This document shows, piece after piece, positions 38,264-48,690 of a stretch of 56,671 nucleotides of DNA. The notes beneath the pieces were generated by a model. That model was not told the origin of the DNA. It did no database searches and worked only from the letters and a program-made list of their open reading frames with translations. Position 1 is the first letter of the stretch. Each line of letters starts with the position of its first letter. This stretch comes from a virus (taxonomy: Duplodnaviria; Caudoviricetes). The stretch covers positions 1-56,671 of the IMG/VR virus record IMGVR_UViG_3300014838_000024; one strand, given 5' to 3'. Both the position numbers and the translations under genes were made by a program.

Positions 38264-38808
38264 AGGTATAAACGCATGAGTTGTTGGAACACTGGTGTGT
38301 TCACTCCTGCGTGAATTGCACCTAAAGCGTCAGCCACATGCTCCGCCGCTTGCGTGACCTTGCCCCTATATACCGGGAAATTGGCTTTGGGGTAAAGACT
38401 TTGCGCTTGAGCAATCATCTGGAGCTTTGAGGCATTCTTATTTCCGGTGAACGCCTTCTTCACCTCGGTTGCGGTGACTTCGATCAACTCGAAGTCTTTT
38501 GCGAGCATAGCTCCAAGAATTCCCACGCATACACCGTAGGAAGTCATTGCTCGCGCGGACTGTGACCCAACAGGAACCTCTACGAAGATGGCTTTAGCCC
38601 CCTCCGCTCGGGCAAAAGCAGCTGTTGCCAGCTGTTTAGCCACATTGAGATCCTTTGAGTTCTGTCGAACCTGTTTATGAGCCACTATATCAGGTTCCAG
38701 AACCCATAGAATTGGGTCATAGAGGAACCCTGTCGTTAGATCGAGTTCGCCTTTAGCTATGCCCCAATGGGTGAGGCTTGGATCAAATCCAACGACAGGT
38801 ATTCTCAT
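38260..38808 (-). CDS. RuvC-like Holliday junction resolvase
   Basis: VVGFDPSLTHWG, IFVEVPVGSQSARA, EHVADA. Confidence 0.85.
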   Translation of the reverse strand: MRIPVVGFDPSLTHWGIAKGELDLTTGFLYDPILWVLEPDIVAHKQVRQNSKDLNVAKQLATAAFARAEGAKAIFVEVPVGSQSARAMTSYGVCVGILGAMLAKDFELIEVTATEVKKAFTGNKNASKLQMIAQAQSLYPKANFPVYRGKVTQAAEHVADALGAIHAGVNTPVFQQLMRLYL

Positions 38809-38841
38809 TTCTCGCCAATCTTCATGCAGTTCTCGCCAAAG

Positions 38842-39603
38842 TTAGGCTTTGGCTCCGAAAAGGCTCTTTCGAGCCGGCGCTGCACCATTGGCCTGGGGCG
38901 GACCACTCACAGGCTTAGAGCTGGGACGACCAGGTGTTCCACCCACGCCGTCCTTGATAACCCGCTTATCACGGACTTTGCCTTTGTTGCGTTCGAGCCA
39001 AGCATCCCAGAAGATCCCCTTTTCGGCACCATTACGGGCCTCAGCGACGGTCATCCTGGTTTCGGTGTGGAACACCTTGTCGATGAAGTTGGTCTCACGC
39101 TCCTCACCAGTGGGAACGTATTCGCCGGAGCTGTCCTTGACGTTCTTGTTCTCGAGCTGCTTGACGATCGCCAAAGAAACGACCAGGCCAAGAAGACCTG
39201 TGAGCACAGGAACCGACTTGGGCAGTTCCTTTCTGGCGTCGTTGTCCCAGATCTTGACCATCTTATCCTCGCCTTCCTGCTCAGCCAGGGGCTTGCCGGA
39301 GGTCACGAGGCAGATGTCGTCGATGGTGGTGAAGCCGGGGAGAGGCACCTTCTTGGACTTGTCGTCCTTGTTGAGGAAGAAGTTCTCGCCCTTCTTGTTG
39401 GTGATGTAGATGGTCTCCCGATACTCCTTGCCGTCATGCTCGACGATGAGCGTGACCGAACGAGCGCCCGAAGCAGCCTGGCCGGCATAGGCCATCTTGA
39501 TCGGACCCGTGTAAATATCGGTTTCGAGGACGGAAAATCCGCCCAGACGATCCTGGGACTCTTCCAGACCGTCGTTCTTCAGTTCGCCAAACAGGCTGCT
39601 CAT
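38842..39603 (-). CDS. Single-stranded DNA-binding protein (N4 gp45-like)
   Basis: DRLGGF, YRETIYITN, LPGF, and C-terminal ARKSLFG as in N4SSB; syntenic. Confidence 0.85.
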   Translation of the reverse strand: MSSLFGELKNDGLEESQDRLGGFSVLETDIYTGPIKMAYAGQAASGARSVTLIVEHDGKEYRETIYITNKKGENFFLNKDDKSKKVPLPGFTTIDDICLVTSGKPLAEQEGEDKMVKIWDNDARKELPKSVPVLTGLLGLVVSLAIVKQLENKNVKDSSGEYVPTGEERETNFIDKVFHTETRMTVAEARNGAEKGIFWDAWLERNKGKVRDKRVIKDGVGGTPGRPSSKPVSGPPQANGAAPARKSLFGAKA

Positions 39604-39641
39604 TGTATATCGCTTTCTCTAAGTTGAAGTTGGTGGGGTGA

Positions 39642-40373
39642 TTACGCCCCGTAGAAGGCTGAAAGGTGATCCAAGAGGATCTGGCAATCGTTGTCGATAA
39701 AGGTCTGTTTCTTTTCAAACATACCCATAGGTGATCGGATCTTCTCGCCAATAGTCGTCTTGGTCGGACGGGTTTGGAAGACGTGCTTGTAGCCAAGCTC
39801 TTCGTCTTCCTCAGAGATGTGCAAGAGCTCTGAATGATAATCCTTCAGATCCTTGAGCACCATCTTCTTGGTGGCTACGACTGTCGAAAAGTAGGACTCG
39901 ACGCCATTGTTTTTGAGAGAGCCCTTTATGGGCACACTCGTCTTTATGTCCATGGCCTTCTCATCCAACTCGTCTTTGACGTGAGCTGTGATGATGACGG
40001 GCTTGCCGAAGCGAACGACTTTCTCCTGCATCAGCACTTTGAAGAACTGGGCGAAGTCTCCCCAGGCTTTCATCGTGTTGGTGCTTGGAAGCACATATTG
40101 GGTCTCGAGCATATCCATAAGGAACGTGAGCGAATCCAAGACGATGCCGTCGATTGCAGGGTTCCCTGTGGCGTAGTCGAACGCTTCATGGACCTGATAG
40201 GGATCGTCGATTCGATATGGCTGGAATTTGTTCTTGAACGGAAGACGCTTTCCAGCCTCGGTGTTCAAGTGCATCCATTTTTCTTGGTTCCGGATGTTTC
40301 GCAAGCTGGCGCTCTTTCCAGTTGCTGAATACCCCACGACCAGGATCAGTTGGTCGTTGACTTCACTTGACAT
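39642..40373 (-). CDS. AAA-family ATPase (N4 gp44-like)
   Basis: Walker A GYSATGKS, Walker B-like IVLDSLT, RSPMGMF. Confidence 0.85.
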   Translation of the reverse strand: MSSEVNDQLILVVGYSATGKSASLRNIRNQEKWMHLNTEAGKRLPFKNKFQPYRIDDPYQVHEAFDYATGNPAIDGIVLDSLTFLMDMLETQYVLPSTNTMKAWGDFAQFFKVLMQEKVVRFGKPVIITAHVKDELDEKAMDIKTSVPIKGSLKNNGVESYFSTVVATKKMVLKDLKDYHSELLHISEEDEELGYKHVFQTRPTKTTIGEKIRSPMGMFEKKQTFIDNDCQILLDHLSAFYGA

Positions 40374-40436
40374 TTTGTAACCCCGTTTTTGAGGAGGAGA
40401 TCCCAAACCAAATTAAGGCTCGGGGTCTCTTCAGCT

Positions 40437-42611
40437 TTAAGCAGCAGGAGTTTTGGCGAACCGTCTTCCAACGGTCGTCATGATCGTGCTGTCGATCTCC
40501 TCTTCTTCCAGGGGATCATTGAGCTTGCGATTGAAGGAGTGAACCTGCTTAGAGACCGTGATTAGGTCCAATCCAGAATCCACGAGAGCGAGAGCGAACT
40601 TGATCATCTGATTGTTGCGAGAGCCATTGGCGATCCGTTGTGCGAACCACCTCTCGAGGTTGTCGAGGGATGCAACAGCCTTGTAATCTTTCTTGTAGGC
40701 TTCGTTCTTCGTGGTCTTTGGAATGAACGGCAGGATGTCGAAGAGAGCTCCGTCCAGATTGTAATGGTAGGTGCCTGTGTCACAGGTCATCCACTTCTTC
40801 GATCTCTGGTTGGAGCTGCTGTCCACGTCTGCCGTCTTGAAAGGCAGCCAGGCCACCACATCGTTGACGAGCTCGGTGTATTCATCCTTATCGAGTTTCA
40901 GGATGAAATTGATCGGGATCAAAAGCCTGAAGCGGTTCTCTTCAGGTGTGCTCCTCTTGGTCGTGTAGGTGAGGAACTTGTATTCACTCAAAAGATCGTG
41001 AACCAGGTCGATCGAGATGCCTCCATCCACATCAAGCACGAGCATATTGAACCCAGGAGTGACGTTCTCCTCGGCTCGATGTTTGTTCTTGAACAAATGG
41101 TTGGCCCAGTGCATGTCAGGTGCTTGGGTCAAATTGAAGAGCTGATCGAACGGAACTGGATCGTCCGGAGGTGCATAATCAAACGCCCAATTGTCGCTGA
41201 ACGAGAAGATCATGTCGTCGAGATTAGTCTCTTTCAGGCATTCGCCTTTGAAAAATTCGATCCCGTCTACAAAGTTCTTCTTGATGATGATGTTGTTCTT
41301 GTAGCCCCAGGCTGTCGCCAGGGTCATCATCTCGTTTCGAGCAGAGTTACCCTTCTGATAGAAAGGAAGCGCCTCCAGCAAGTCTGCGTGAGTGACTTCT
41401 TCGCCACATCCCGAGACATATTTCGCCAGACGCACATGTGCTTTTTCACGCTTGAGGATCGTGGCGAAAGCCTCACCAGATTCTTCGACCAGGAGTATCG
41501 CCTGCTGAAGATGGATGAGTTCGATCTCGTTGCTCTGATCGACGAAGGCCAGAGCTCCAGCCAATTTTATGGCTTTGAAATACCGATGAGAAAGCTCGGC
41601 TTTCTGGATCTCGCAATGATCAGGCATGAGGTCAGCTGCCTGTTCGCAGGCGATCTTATACTTCAGTGATTCGATGCCTACTTCTTCCTCGACGACCATC
41701 TTCCAATTGTACATTCCAGAATCGGCCAGAGAGTGAAAATGAGCCGCCCATTGCTGAAGCTTTTCATTGTTCTGTGGCTCTGTAAGCCGACGATAGATCT
41801 CCTCTGGAGACTGTGAATTGAACGCTTTGCGATCCTGTTGGCCATAACCAAAGAGGCAACGACGAGCATACCCAGTTTCCAGGAACGAGTAGAACTGCTC
41901 CTCTGCAATGCCGCCGTCGAAGAGCTTCGAAGGCGTGCCGAACAAAAGCATATTGGTGGGTGTCTTACCCTCCAATTCTTCGTTTCGCTCATTGTCGGGA
42001 GTGTTCTTGGTGAGCTTGTCCTTGACGAGTCCCTGATCGTAGAGCTCCAGGAAGAGCGTCAACACATCGACGGAACCAATGAGGTTAGAACCGATCTCGT
42101 CGATCTGGAGATTCACTGAACCGCAGTTGGCCATGATCAGCTTGTGACGCAGCTGCTTCACAGCCGGAGGCGTGCCAGAGTCGAAAGTGAAGCTGAAAGC
42201 GCCGAAACGCTTATATTCCTTCACAACTTTATCGAACTCCTCCTGCACGTCTGAATTGTTCCGAGCAGCTCGATCATTGGCAATGACCCAGTGGTTCGTC
42301 TCAGAGATGCTCGGAAGCGTGTCTTCCATGAAACGCTTTTTGAAGCCCCTCATGAATTCGTTCTCGATCACATTGACTGAGTGTCCTTTGCCGAAGCCTG
42401 AAGTGGCCAGAGCAAGAGCGTAGATATTGACCGGGATGTCGCCTCGGTCCTTGGTGACGATGGTTGCCCGCATCGAAGAAGCCATTTTTCCAAGGAAATA
42501 AGCGACTTCACAGCGAAAGAATCCACGGTCGGTGTTCTGGGTTTTATTGCAAAGCACCTCGACCAGCTCTTCGATCGCCGGATGATGTGTTACGCCTGCA
42601 AGGTCGATCAT
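40437..42611 (-). CDS. DNA primase (N4 gp43/dns-like)
   Basis: ATSGFGKGHS, LQIDEIGSNL, LVLDVDGG, YTTKRS..RFRL, and PriCT-like GSRNNQM. ATG 42611 overlaps the upstream stop. Confidence 0.85.
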   Translation of the reverse strand: MIDLAGVTHHPAIEELVEVLCNKTQNTDRGFFRCEVAYFLGKMASSMRATIVTKDRGDIPVNIYALALATSGFGKGHSVNVIENEFMRGFKKRFMEDTLPSISETNHWVIANDRAARNNSDVQEEFDKVVKEYKRFGAFSFTFDSGTPPAVKQLRHKLIMANCGSVNLQIDEIGSNLIGSVDVLTLFLELYDQGLVKDKLTKNTPDNERNEELEGKTPTNMLLFGTPSKLFDGGIAEEQFYSFLETGYARRCLFGYGQQDRKAFNSQSPEEIYRRLTEPQNNEKLQQWAAHFHSLADSGMYNWKMVVEEEVGIESLKYKIACEQAADLMPDHCEIQKAELSHRYFKAIKLAGALAFVDQSNEIELIHLQQAILLVEESGEAFATILKREKAHVRLAKYVSGCGEEVTHADLLEALPFYQKGNSARNEMMTLATAWGYKNNIIIKKNFVDGIEFFKGECLKETNLDDMIFSFSDNWAFDYAPPDDPVPFDQLFNLTQAPDMHWANHLFKNKHRAEENVTPGFNMLVLDVDGGISIDLVHDLLSEYKFLTYTTKRSTPEENRFRLLIPINFILKLDKDEYTELVNDVVAWLPFKTADVDSSSNQRSKKWMTCDTGTYHYNLDGALFDILPFIPKTTKNEAYKKDYKAVASLDNLERWFAQRIANGSRNNQMIKFALALVDSGLDLITVSKQVHSFNRKLNDPLEEEEIDSTIMTTVGRRFAKTPAA

Positions 42612-43591
42612 GACGGAAAATACCGATCCTTTTGAGTGCAAATTGGGAAGACTTCGCAGTAGCCGCAGCGTTTGGGTTCTCCAGGAATCGTCTTGACGAC
42701 GCCCTTTCCACCTTTTTCCGCTTGGAAGGCACGAGCCTCCATGGCGTTGTCGAAGTTCTTGGTTGATCGTCCTGTGGTTTTGGTAGCGTCACCGTAGTAT
42801 TTGAACACGGGATCGGACTTCCAAAGCTCTTCGTCGGTACACTCAGGGAGATCTGGCTCTGGGTGATTACTAAAGAGCTCGATGTCATTGAGTTTGTTAC
42901 GAACCCAATCCTCTGTCTCTTTGAGAGACCAGAGAGTGATCTCTTTGTATTCGACCCGCTTCTGAGGATACTTTGGGTTGGTCTTTGCCATCATCTTCTG
43001 CCAGTCGGTGAAGATGAAGTTGATGCGACCATAATCCTCGGTGATCTTGGGCATGGCCTGGGTAGCGTCGAGCCAACGATAGATGCTCATCTGGAGCCTG
43101 TAATCGTCGTCCTTATCGCCATGAACCCAGGAATAAGCAGAGGTGCTCTTGTTGTCCTGAACAATGCCCTCAGTCACGAGATCGAATTTACCGCCGATCG
43201 TGTAACCCCCAAACTCACGGAACAATCGCTGCTCCAGATAAATGGGAATGATGGCGTTGCTGGCTCGAACTTCGTCGTCGGTTGGGTTCACTTTCACCCG
43301 CTCGATGAGATCGTCCGGATAGCCCAGGAGCGAGAGAGATCTCTCGTAGCCTTTGGTCCAGGCTTTCTCCACAGAGTCGTGAAGCGACTTGCCGAGAGCT
43401 CGTGCAATGAAGGCTTCCACGTCGATCTTGATCGTTTCAGGCGGCATCCTCTTGGGGAGCACGATATGCCTGAGCGGCTTCATCAGCGTGGTTGCTGAAA
43501 TGTATTTATCGACACCCCTGACATAATCGTATTCGTCATGCAGGAGCCACACAGCCAATGCCAGGCTGATGTCAGAATCGTTGGTGATCAT
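42608..43591 (-). CDS. PD-(D/E)XK exonuclease (N4 gp42-like)
   Basis: ISATTLMKP, IGGKFD..VQDNKSTS, QMSIYRWL, C-terminal RCGYC..C. Confidence 0.85.
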   Translation of the reverse strand: MITNDSDISLALAVWLLHDEYDYVRGVDKYISATTLMKPLRHIVLPKRMPPETIKIDVEAFIARALGKSLHDSVEKAWTKGYERSLSLLGYPDDLIERVKVNPTDDEVRASNAIIPIYLEQRLFREFGGYTIGGKFDLVTEGIVQDNKSTSAYSWVHGDKDDDYRLQMSIYRWLDATQAMPKITEDYGRINFIFTDWQKMMAKTNPKYPQKRVEYKEITLWSLKETEDWVRNKLNDIELFSNHPEPDLPECTDEELWKSDPVFKYYGDATKTTGRSTKNFDNAMEARAFQAEKGGKGVVKTIPGEPKRCGYCEVFPICTQKDRYFPS

Positions 43592-43616
43592 TAGGGAAGT
43601 CTCCTGCTAGAATTTA

Positions 43617-43653
43617 AGAGGACCGTAGCCCCGAGAAAGAGCTACGGTCTCTC
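43617..43653. terminator. Intergenic hairpin (terminator or processing site)
   Basis: AGAGGACCGTAGC...GCTACGGTCTCT inverted repeat. Confidence 0.45.
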
Positions 43654-43667
43654 GATCAGGTGGTTGA

Positions 43668-44087
43668 TCAGGCGGTGCCGACTAATTCTTCTTCTTCTGC
43701 ACGAGCAACCGAGACTGTCGGCTCTTCGGTGCCGACGATCGGGCTGGGAGGAATGTTGAACTCTTCCTTGGTGAAGTCGCCGAGCTTGGTGAGAGTGATG
43801 ATCACCACATCGAGAACCTTCACTTTTTCGCTGCCGCCCATGCGGTTGAAGAAGTTCTGCTGAACAGCTTGCTGAGCACGGCCAATCTGAGGAACAGCGA
43901 ACTGACCGTCCGTGCTCATCACGACAGCATTGGCGCGAATCGCATTGGGAGTGGCGTTCGGATCTTCCGTATGTGAAAACACGATCTCCGCCGCCACGAG
44001 GTAATACCCCTGGCGTTCGACCGGCTGATCAGCCTTCAGGTCGATTGTATTGTCTTGGTCGGTGATTCTTTTTTCCCTTTGGTTCAA
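43668..44087 (-). CDS. Conserved N4-like hypothetical protein downstream of DNA polymerase
   Basis: 139 aa; IGRAQQAVQ..DVVIITLTKLGDFTKEEF. Confidence 0.7.
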   Translation of the reverse strand: MNQREKRITDQDNTIDLKADQPVERQGYYLVAAEIVFSHTEDPNATPNAIRANAVVMSTDGQFAVPQIGRAQQAVQQNFFNRMGGSEKVKVLDVVIITLTKLGDFTKEEFNIPPSPIVGTEEPTVSVARAEEEELVGTA

Positions 44088-46684
44088 CTGCCCAGAGCCT
44101 TTTCAATGATCCCTGGGATTTCGATTTCAGTGGCCCCATTTGGGATGACGATCTCCTTGGCCCAACTGGGATAGAAGATCGACACTTCGCCACCGAGTTT
44201 CACTTGATCGTGCCAAATGTCAGGGTGATCCTGCCATTGAACAGCCTTGACCAGGTGTTCATTGACGTAAGCTACGACTCGAGTGTCGTCTCGAACGAGC
44301 GCATAGCCTGCATCATGGATTTGAGCGCAGGGTCTTATGTCCAAACGGTGATCGCTCTTGCGAACTTTCCCCATGAACTCAACCCATGCTCGGGAATTTA
44401 AGAGACACCAGCTCTGCCCAAGTGCATTACCTGCACTTCGACCTTCAGCCTCAGCCTCTTGTGGTGTTTTGCCGTTGCCCCTGATGACTTGTGCGAGCAG
44501 TGGAGTGCGAACTCTCAGCCCAAAAGCCACTGTGACATATCCATCTATGCAGGCTCTATCCAATTTAGCTGCAACCCAGTCGATTGAGACTTTGTACAGT
44601 TCCTTGAAGCTTGCTTCGATGCGCTTGGCTTCATCCAAAGAGAACCCGCAATTCTTCATCAAGGTGGAGAAAGTCCCTTGATAAGTCAGAGCAAAGGTAG
44701 GTGGCTTGGAGTCTTGCCGAAGCTTTTTATATTTACCCTGTATGGAGTTGATCGAGTCCACACTGATCGGGTCAATATCCGGCATAAGATTGGTCCAATA
44801 GCTGTAGGCCCTAAGCGAATGACCGTCGTAGCCATCCGTGTACACCTTCAACTTATTTGGATCTTTGGTTGTGAGAGCTGAGATACGATCTTCGAGCGAA
44901 GAGAAATCCAGACCCAGGAGGATCCAACCCAAGGGAGCTTCGATGCAGCTCTTGATAAGCTTTGCATATTTGCTGTTGGCAGGAAGGTTCTGGAGATTGG
45001 GATCACTCGAAGAGAGTCTCCCTGAGAGAGTGCCCCCAAGGTTGAAATTCCCACACAGATAGTGCCAGCCATCAGGCCCAGGAACAGAGTTCTCGAGGGC
45101 CGGAATGAAGGTTTCGAGGATGATCGAGACAGCTGCATAATCGACGAGAGCATCCAGGAAAATGATCACGTCAGGGTTGGTCGTATGGCTCTTCAGAGAT
45201 TTGATGATCTCGGCTTTGGTGCTCGGCTGTTTTGCAGCCGTGTAACCGAGCACAGGAAGCTCCAGCATATTGTAGAGGAGGTCTTGCAGCTGAGGTCCAG
45301 AGTTGGGATTGAACACTTCTCTGGCGTCTGCAAGCGTCACCCTCTTTTTCTTGAGGGTGGCATTCTTCATCGTCACCCATTGCTGGTTGAGTCGATTTGT
45401 GAACTCCTGACCAATCTGGCTGTCCTGGAGTGTGACCACAGCTTTCTGCTCGTCAGCCACGAGGAGAGCCTTCACTTCGACGACTCGTTCCATGTTCACA
45501 GGCAAGCCTGTGAGTTGCATCTGGATAATGTCTCGAGTGGTCGGCTTGAAGAGTGTCTCATAGATCTCGAGCTGCTGATCTGCGACAAGCTTGTCCCAGT
45601 GCTTCTCAAACACGTACCAAGTCGAGCAGGTGTCGATCAGATTGTAACGAAGGAGCTTGCTGAGCTCGATCTTCGTAATGTCCTTGATGTCTTCACCCAA
45701 GGCATAATTGCCGGCGAACTCCTGAGCTTGATCCTTGAGTGAGAGACGGTTCCCAGAGCATGAATTCGTTGCCAAATATGCAATGAGGCGAGTACACTCC
45801 CACATGCCAGGTTTGAGTAAGATGCCCATTCCCAAAAGAAGCCCTTTGGTATCGAGCTGATCCTTCATATAGAGCTGGTAAATCAGCACGTACACGTCGA
45901 AAGAGACCTGATGATAAATCGCCCTTTGAGCCATCCGAGCGAAGAAAAATCTCAGCAACTCTCTGACTTGCTCGTTGCGAACTTGTTTCCCGAAGACACC
46001 CTCGATCGGCTCGTCCAGAGGCTCGTAGTCTACGGCGAATGCAACACCCGAATGTTTGTCCCAGGAGAAGGCGATCGTTCCGATCCCACATGTGTGGTGC
46101 TTGAGTCCGAAGCCTTCTATGTCGATTGTAAGAGGGACGTTTATTTCGATCAGATGATCGAGAGCATCTGAAATCTCTTGGATCGTGCGAGGATAGCTCT
46201 CGCTTTTGATCAGGCCATTGCCGGGATCTGTGTAAGTCCCATTCTTGTGATCCATGAGGGCTACGATGCCCTGAGCGATCTTCACTTGAACCTTCTCCGG
46301 ATCATAGAAGATCGAGCGATAGCTGGGAACGTAGACGACCTTCCAGGGACCGAACACACAGTCCAGGACGTAGCCCAAATTCACGTCGATCTTGGCGCTC
46401 TTGGTGAGCACCTTGAAATATTCAGAGTCATTTACGACCAAATATTCAACATGCAGATCATTGAGCACTGAGGTCAGCTGCTCGTCGATGTAAGCCTTCA
46501 TTTCCTTGGCCGGGGTCTTCTTTTTCCCAGGTGTGTAATGAAGATCGAGGACCAGCACTTCGTTGGGGTCCAAGCCATAAGGGTCGATGTAAGCTTTCCG
46601 GATGTCGTCCTTGCGGATTGAACCAACCAGAAAGCACACCGGATAAGCCGTCAGCACTTCGGGGCTGTAATAAAGATGGTGCAT
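44084..46684 (-). CDS. DNA polymerase, family A (N4 gp39-like)
   Basis: 3'-5' exonuclease motif TIDIEGF; polymerase motifs SGRLSSSDPNLQN, LDFSSLEDR (A), RQDSKPPTFALTYQG (B), QIHDA (C). Confidence 0.96.
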   Translation of the reverse strand: MHHLYYSPEVLTAYPVCFLVGSIRKDDIRKAYIDPYGLDPNEVLVLDLHYTPGKKKTPAKEMKAYIDEQLTSVLNDLHVEYLVVNDSEYFKVLTKSAKIDVNLGYVLDCVFGPWKVVYVPSYRSIFYDPEKVQVKIAQGIVALMDHKNGTYTDPGNGLIKSESYPRTIQEISDALDHLIEINVPLTIDIEGFGLKHHTCGIGTIAFSWDKHSGVAFAVDYEPLDEPIEGVFGKQVRNEQVRELLRFFFARMAQRAIYHQVSFDVYVLIYQLYMKDQLDTKGLLLGMGILLKPGMWECTRLIAYLATNSCSGNRLSLKDQAQEFAGNYALGEDIKDITKIELSKLLRYNLIDTCSTWYVFEKHWDKLVADQQLEIYETLFKPTTRDIIQMQLTGLPVNMERVVEVKALLVADEQKAVVTLQDSQIGQEFTNRLNQQWVTMKNATLKKKRVTLADAREVFNPNSGPQLQDLLYNMLELPVLGYTAAKQPSTKAEIIKSLKSHTTNPDVIIFLDALVDYAAVSIILETFIPALENSVPGPDGWHYLCGNFNLGGTLSGRLSSSDPNLQNLPANSKYAKLIKSCIEAPLGWILLGLDFSSLEDRISALTTKDPNKLKVYTDGYDGHSLRAYSYWTNLMPDIDPISVDSINSIQGKYKKLRQDSKPPTFALTYQGTFSTLMKNCGFSLDEAKRIEASFKELYKVSIDWVAAKLDRACIDGYVTVAFGLRVRTPLLAQVIRGNGKTPQEAEAEGRSAGNALGQSWCLLNSRAWVEFMGKVRKSDHRLDIRPCAQIHDAGYALVRDDTRVVAYVNEHLVKAVQWQDHPDIWHDQVKLGGEVSIFYPSWAKEIVIPNGATEIEIPGIIEKALGS

Positions 46685-46713
46685 GTCGGCTTCTCTCTTT
46701 TCCTTGGTTCAAA

Positions 46714-47214
46714 TCAATAAAGCAGCCGACCGACTGAATAGATTTCCATCTTGGGGACCAGCTTTGAGAACTGTCTCATTGCTCGGAGATCTCCACGAAG
46801 GGTGTATCCAGCATTGTCGGCTCTAGGTTCGTTACCCATGCCCGGAACCAGAACGACAAGGCATTCTGGTAGGGCGTTCCTGATCTCACGGTCGCTTGTG
46901 CAAGGTTTGAGCACCCTGAACAGCATCTGTTTGATCAAGCAGAGGTCGTCCTTGACGGTTTTCTCGTCCCTAAGCCATGCTTCCATGGTGTTGTTCAACG
47001 TAAAATGAAGTGTGGGCTTACACACTCCCTGTTGAACCACGGTCGAGACGCCTGAAGGCATGAACACCTGGCCTCCATAGAGGAAACCATCTGCTGTAAG
47101 GCTCTTCAGGCGCTTGTTCGAGTTGTTGAGTTCGAGAATTACCCCGGCCAATCGACGCTTCTCAGCCTCGAAGAGCTTCTCAAGCACGAAGTTTATAACT
47201 TTGCTGTTGTCCAT
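46714..47214 (-). CDS. Hypothetical protein (N4 gp38-like position)
   Basis: ORF between helicase and polymerase; DGFLYGG and IRNALPECL motifs. Confidence 0.65.
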   Translation of the reverse strand: MDNSKVINFVLEKLFEAEKRRLAGVILELNNSNKRLKSLTADGFLYGGQVFMPSGVSTVVQQGVCKPTLHFTLNNTMEAWLRDEKTVKDDLCLIKQMLFRVLKPCTSDREIRNALPECLVVLVPGMGNEPRADNAGYTLRGDLRAMRQFSKLVPKMEIYSVGRLLY

Positions 47215-47232
47215 GACGCATTGTCCCACAAC

Positions 47233-48579
47233 TCAGGCGACAATGCCGCCGTATTTCTCTGAGAGTTCACCGTAGAGGATCACCCGAGAACGAGCTCTGG
47301 TGAAGGCGACATATAGAAGACGAGCAACTGTCGCAGCTTGGTGACAGGTGCTTATGTCTCCCATGTCCAAGAAGACAACATCATAGGTGCTCCCCTGGGC
47401 TTTATGCACAGTGGCTGCATCTCGAGGCCGAAGATCAGGGATCTTGTTCTTCAGGAAGAAGTATCTGTTCCAGTTTTTCGTGCGACTGAAATATTGAACC
47501 AAGGAGGAATAATGATCCCGGTTCACAGGCAGAGGCACATGGTAGAACATCTCCCCGAGTCGGGATTTGAGTGTGGCTGTCCGGATTTCGACGCTCACGT
47601 CATCGTTGACGACGAGCATCTCGGTCTTGGTGGTCTGGTCGATGATCTCGACTTCCTCTTCGACCGATAAACTCTGGTTTCCAATCCGAATTGCCTGGTT
47701 GTTAATTAGAAACTCACCAGATCCATATTCACCAGGAAGGTGACGGACATCTCGGATGTGATCATTGTAAAGAACGACCCGTTTGTTCGTGTAAGCCAGA
47801 ATTCTGGCATCACGAGTTTGTACCTTGAAGGTTGCATTGATCAGATCCTCCATTGTGGTGCTGTCCACCCAGTCGATGACGCCAGGGACAACCTTGATTG
47901 GGTTGAAGACGCCTGTTTCGACGGTGTTCCGGAGCTGCTGACACACGTTCATCAATGCAGGTTGCCCTGCATTACGGACGTTCTCAGTGAGCTCGAAGAA
48001 CGAGAGCCCAGCTCGATGAATGGGTGAGATCGTCTCCATGACTGGAGCCAACTGACAATGATCGCCAACGAAGACGATCTTGCAATTGTGGGTGCCTTCA
48101 CGGATCAACAAAAGCAGCGCCGAATCAACCATATAGGCTTCGTCCACGAAGATGATCTTTCGCTCGTGAACCTGCCAAGCGCCTGTCTTCGTGAGCTTGG
48201 ATTTGCCTGTCGAATAATCGTCCGTGACCTTGAGAGCCAGGAACGAATGGATCGTCTCGGTCGGACGGCCTGTGCTGAGAGAGAGCACTTCAGCCGCCTT
48301 GTTAGTGGTGGCCGTCATCTGCACCGAGTCATACTCGGGTTGGATCCCCATCATCTTGCAGGATTTGAAGTATTCCGGCATTACCTGGTCGATCAACCAG
48401 CCCATTAGGAAGGTCTTACCAACTCCTCCCGGCCCGGAAATGATGATCTCTTTCTCTGGTCCAAAGAGGAACTGAAAGAAGCCGTCAGCAGCTTCTTGTT
48501 GTCCTTGGTTCAAAGACGCCAAAGGAAGTGACGGGGGTGGAGGAGTAGCTTTGGTCTTTTCAGGATAAAAGAAGGACAT
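47233..48579 (-). CDS. SF1 DNA helicase (Dda/RecD-like, N4 gp37)
   Basis: LNQGQ, GPGGVGKT, TATTNKAA, VDEA, VGDHCQLAPV, TVHKAQGSTY, YVAFTRAR. Confidence 0.93.
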   Translation of the reverse strand: MSFFYPEKTKATPPPPSLPLASLNQGQQEAADGFFQFLFGPEKEIIISGPGGVGKTFLMGWLIDQVMPEYFKSCKMMGIQPEYDSVQMTATTNKAAEVLSLSTGRPTETIHSFLALKVTDDYSTGKSKLTKTGAWQVHERKIIFVDEAYMVDSALLLLIREGTHNCKIVFVGDHCQLAPVMETISPIHRAGLSFFELTENVRNAGQPALMNVCQQLRNTVETGVFNPIKVVPGVIDWVDSTTMEDLINATFKVQTRDARILAYTNKRVVLYNDHIRDVRHLPGEYGSGEFLINNQAIRIGNQSLSVEEEVEIIDQTTKTEMLVVNDDVSVEIRTATLKSRLGEMFYHVPLPVNRDHYSSLVQYFSRTKNWNRYFFLKNKIPDLRPRDAATVHKAQGSTYDVVFLDMGDISTCHQAATVARLLYVAFTRARSRVILYGELSEKYGGIVA

Positions 48580-48593
48580 ACGGGTTCTCCGAC

Positions 48594-48630
48594 AGAGAAA
48601 AACCCTCCTTTTTAGGGGAGGGGTTCTCTG
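48594..48630 (-). terminator. Intergenic hairpin / possible minus-strand terminator
   Basis: AACCCTCCT-TTTT-AGGGGAGGGTT with an A tract on its left. Confidence 0.55.
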
Positions 48631-48690
48631 CTCGTTATTAAGCGGGTGAAGTGGGAACGACACCCTTCGGAAAAAACCAAATGGTGTAGC

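Noticed and set aside
44084-46684. Intein or intron in the DNA polymerase; unusual HDA motif C
   Set aside because: The ORF is continuous and of ordinary length with no intein motifs. HDA is seen in N4-like polymerases.
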